From positions 1 to 32,993 of the forward strand of contig JANNAO010000188.1 in NCBI GenBank assembly GCA_031384405.1: a stretch of DNA of 32,993 nucleotides, read 5' to 3'. Of this stretch, positions 31,575 through 32,993 are shown piece by piece. Source of the stretch: Verrucomicrobiota bacterium (GTDB lineage Bacteria > Verrucomicrobiota > Verrucomicrobiia > Limisphaerales > JADLHS01). The notes beneath the pieces are model-generated. The model was not told the origin of the DNA. It searched no databases and saw only the letters and a program-made list of their open reading frames with translations. Position 1 is the stretch's first letter, and every line of letters begins with the position of its first letter. A program made the position numbers and the translations under genes.

Positions 31575-32359
31575 GGCCCGGCCTGCACAGCATGGTCGTT
31601 CCCAAGATACGCTTCGATGACCTTCGGGTTGGCTCTAACCTCAGCAGGCGTTCCCTCCGCGATCTTCACGCCGTAATCCAGCACGACGACACGTTCACAG
31701 ATACCCATCACCACTTGCATGTCGTGTTCAACCAACAAGACCGCGATCTGAAATTTCTCTTTGATGAAACGGATGAGCTTGGTGAGTTCGACCTTCTCAG
31801 TGGGATTCATTCCGGCAGCGGGTTCATCGAGGAGCAGCAACTTTGGTTTTGTAGCAAGGGCGCGGACGATCTCCAACCGCCGTTGATCTCCGTAAGGCAA
31901 ACTCTTCGCGTCGTCATCGCGATGTTTGCCGAGATTGAAGATGTCCAGTAACTCCATCACCTGCGCGGCGACTTCTTTTTCTCCGTCGTGAAACGCGCGT
32001 CCACGCCAGAGCGCATTGCGGATGCCGTGGGCGCGATGCAATTGCACCGCAGCGCGCACATTATCGAACACGCTCATGCTGCCGAACAATCGGATGTTCT
32101 GAAACGTCCGCGCGATGCCGAGCTTGGTGAGTTCAAACGGTTTCAATGCGGCAGTCGGTTGGCCGCTGAAAGAAATCGCGCCGCCCGTCGGCTGATAAAC
32201 GCCGGTGATAAGATTGAACACCGTCGTCTTGCCCGCACCGTTCGGGCCAATGACGCCGATAAGTTCCTGCGCGCCGATCTGGAGATCCACTTCAGACACC
32301 GCCGTCAACCCGCCGAAACGGATCGTGACCTTGTCGAGTTTGAGGAGTGGGGTGCTCAT
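31571..32359 (-). CDS. livG: branched-chain amino acid ABC transporter, ATP-binding protein LivG
   Basis: LKLDKVTIRFGGLTAVSEVDLQIGAQELIGVIGPNGAGKTTVFNLITG, LPYGDQRRLEIVRAL and LLLLDEPAAGMNP. 262 aa. The ATG overlaps the livM stop by 1 nt. Confidence 0.9.
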   Translation of the reverse strand: MSTPLLKLDKVTIRFGGLTAVSEVDLQIGAQELIGVIGPNGAGKTTVFNLITGVYQPTGGAISFSGQPTAALKPFELTKLGIARTFQNIRLFGSMSVFDNVRAAVQLHRAHGIRNALWRGRAFHDGEKEVAAQVMELLDIFNLGKHRDDDAKSLPYGDQRRLEIVRALATKPKLLLLDEPAAGMNPTEKVELTKLIRFIKEKFQIAVLLVEHDMQVVMGICERVVVLDYGVKIAEGTPAEVRANPKVIEAYLGNDHAVQAGP

Positions 32360-32871
32360 TACTTTGCCGACGATTTTTTTCCGAACGCAAACAATCCCTG
32401 TGGACGCGTGAGCATGATTCCGATCAGCAAGATCGAATAGAGCAGCGGCCTCGCTTCACCGATCCAGCGCAGTGAGGGCGACATGCCCGCGAACGAGCGC
32501 AACACTTCCGGCAGCAATGTCAGCAGCACCGCAGCGAGGATCACCCCGCCCGTGCGCCCCATTCCTCCCACGATCACCATGACGACGATCTCGATGCTGC
32601 GATTGAAGTCGAAGCCCTTGGGGTTGATCGTCAGGTTGAAGTGCCCAAATAATCCGCCCGCTATTCCCGCGAAGAATGCACCGATGACGAACGCCACAAT
32701 CTTGTAACGCGTGGTATTGATGCCCATCGCTTCGGCAGCGACTTCGTCATCGTGCGTGGCGAGAAAGCCGCGACCATAGGTGCTGTTCACCATCGTGGTG
32801 ACGACATAAACCGTGAGAGCCGCCGCGCCGAACGCCCAGAACAGATTCGTGAACGCCGGAATGACGTTCAA
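32359..32871 (-). CDS. livM: LivM-type branched-chain amino acid ABC permease, C-terminal 170 codons (gene apparently interrupted upstream)
   Basis: RGFLATHDDEVAAEAMGINTTRYKIVAFVIGAFFAGIAGGLFG...VVMVIVGGMGRTGGVILAAV...LTRPQGLF aligns by eye with the C-terminal half of E. coli LivM. The same frame continues upstream to the window end with LivM-like LRLKGDYLAIFKMCFGQII, but it is broken by TAG at 32893-32895. Confidence 0.8.
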   Translation of the reverse strand: MNVIPAFTNLFWAFGAAALTVYVVTTMVNSTYGRGFLATHDDEVAAEAMGINTTRYKIVAFVIGAFFAGIAGGLFGHFNLTINPKGFDFNRSIEIVVMVIVGGMGRTGGVILAAVLLTLLPEVLRSFAGMSPSLRWIGEARPLLYSILLIGIMLTRPQGLFAFGKKSSAK

Positions 32872-32993
32872 TCCCAGCGCGCAACCTATCGTCTAGTTGT
32901 TTCGGAAAACAACAGCGATGATCTGGCCGAAACACATCTTGAAGATGGCGAGGTAATCGCCCTTCAACCTCAGCGACGGCGCACCGACATGGA

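Overview
Densely coding bacterial chromosomal segment, roughly 55% GC judging from a few hand-counted lines. I call 25 protein-coding ORFs and one tRNA. I saw no rRNA, CRISPR array, transposase or integrase. Most genes are on the minus strand. An Amuc_1100-like pilus-cluster protein and several giant signal-peptide proteins with DxDxDG motifs and beta-tail C-termini suggest a Verrucomicrobiota/PVC-type organism; this is inference only. Left to right: (1) two tandem gmd paralogues (+) and convergent coaE. (2) A terminator-bounded minus-strand cassette of four very large secreted proteins: a 7-blade repeat protein, 734-aa and 972-aa unknowns, and a 1205-aa S8 subtilase. (3) A stand-alone 5'-3' exonuclease. 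(4) A type IV pilus-like cluster: pilM/pilN fusion, Amuc_1100-like protein, an unknown, and a TPR-secretin carrying poly-Gly tracts. (5) tRNA-Val(GAC). (6) An FmdB zinc-ribbon gene. (7) A ~900-aa secreted FAD enzyme with Calx-beta. (8) A ParE-type toxin-antitoxin pair whose toxin ORF runs in frame into folA. (9) A secreted hypothetical protein translationally coupled to yebC. (10) A co-directional threonine-aldolase / HExxH-peptidase / ATP-grasp trio. (11) livM-livG-livF, with an extra low-GC small ORF wedged between livG and livF and an in-frame TAG in livM. Non-coding structure is limited to three palindromic REP-like intergenic elements, a 4x heptamer repeat and a 414-nt gap upstream of pilM. 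The best candidates for undescribed biology are the giant secreted-protein cassette with its shared C-terminal tail module and the pilus-like cluster. All family assignments rest on motifs read by eye and need profile or structure searches.
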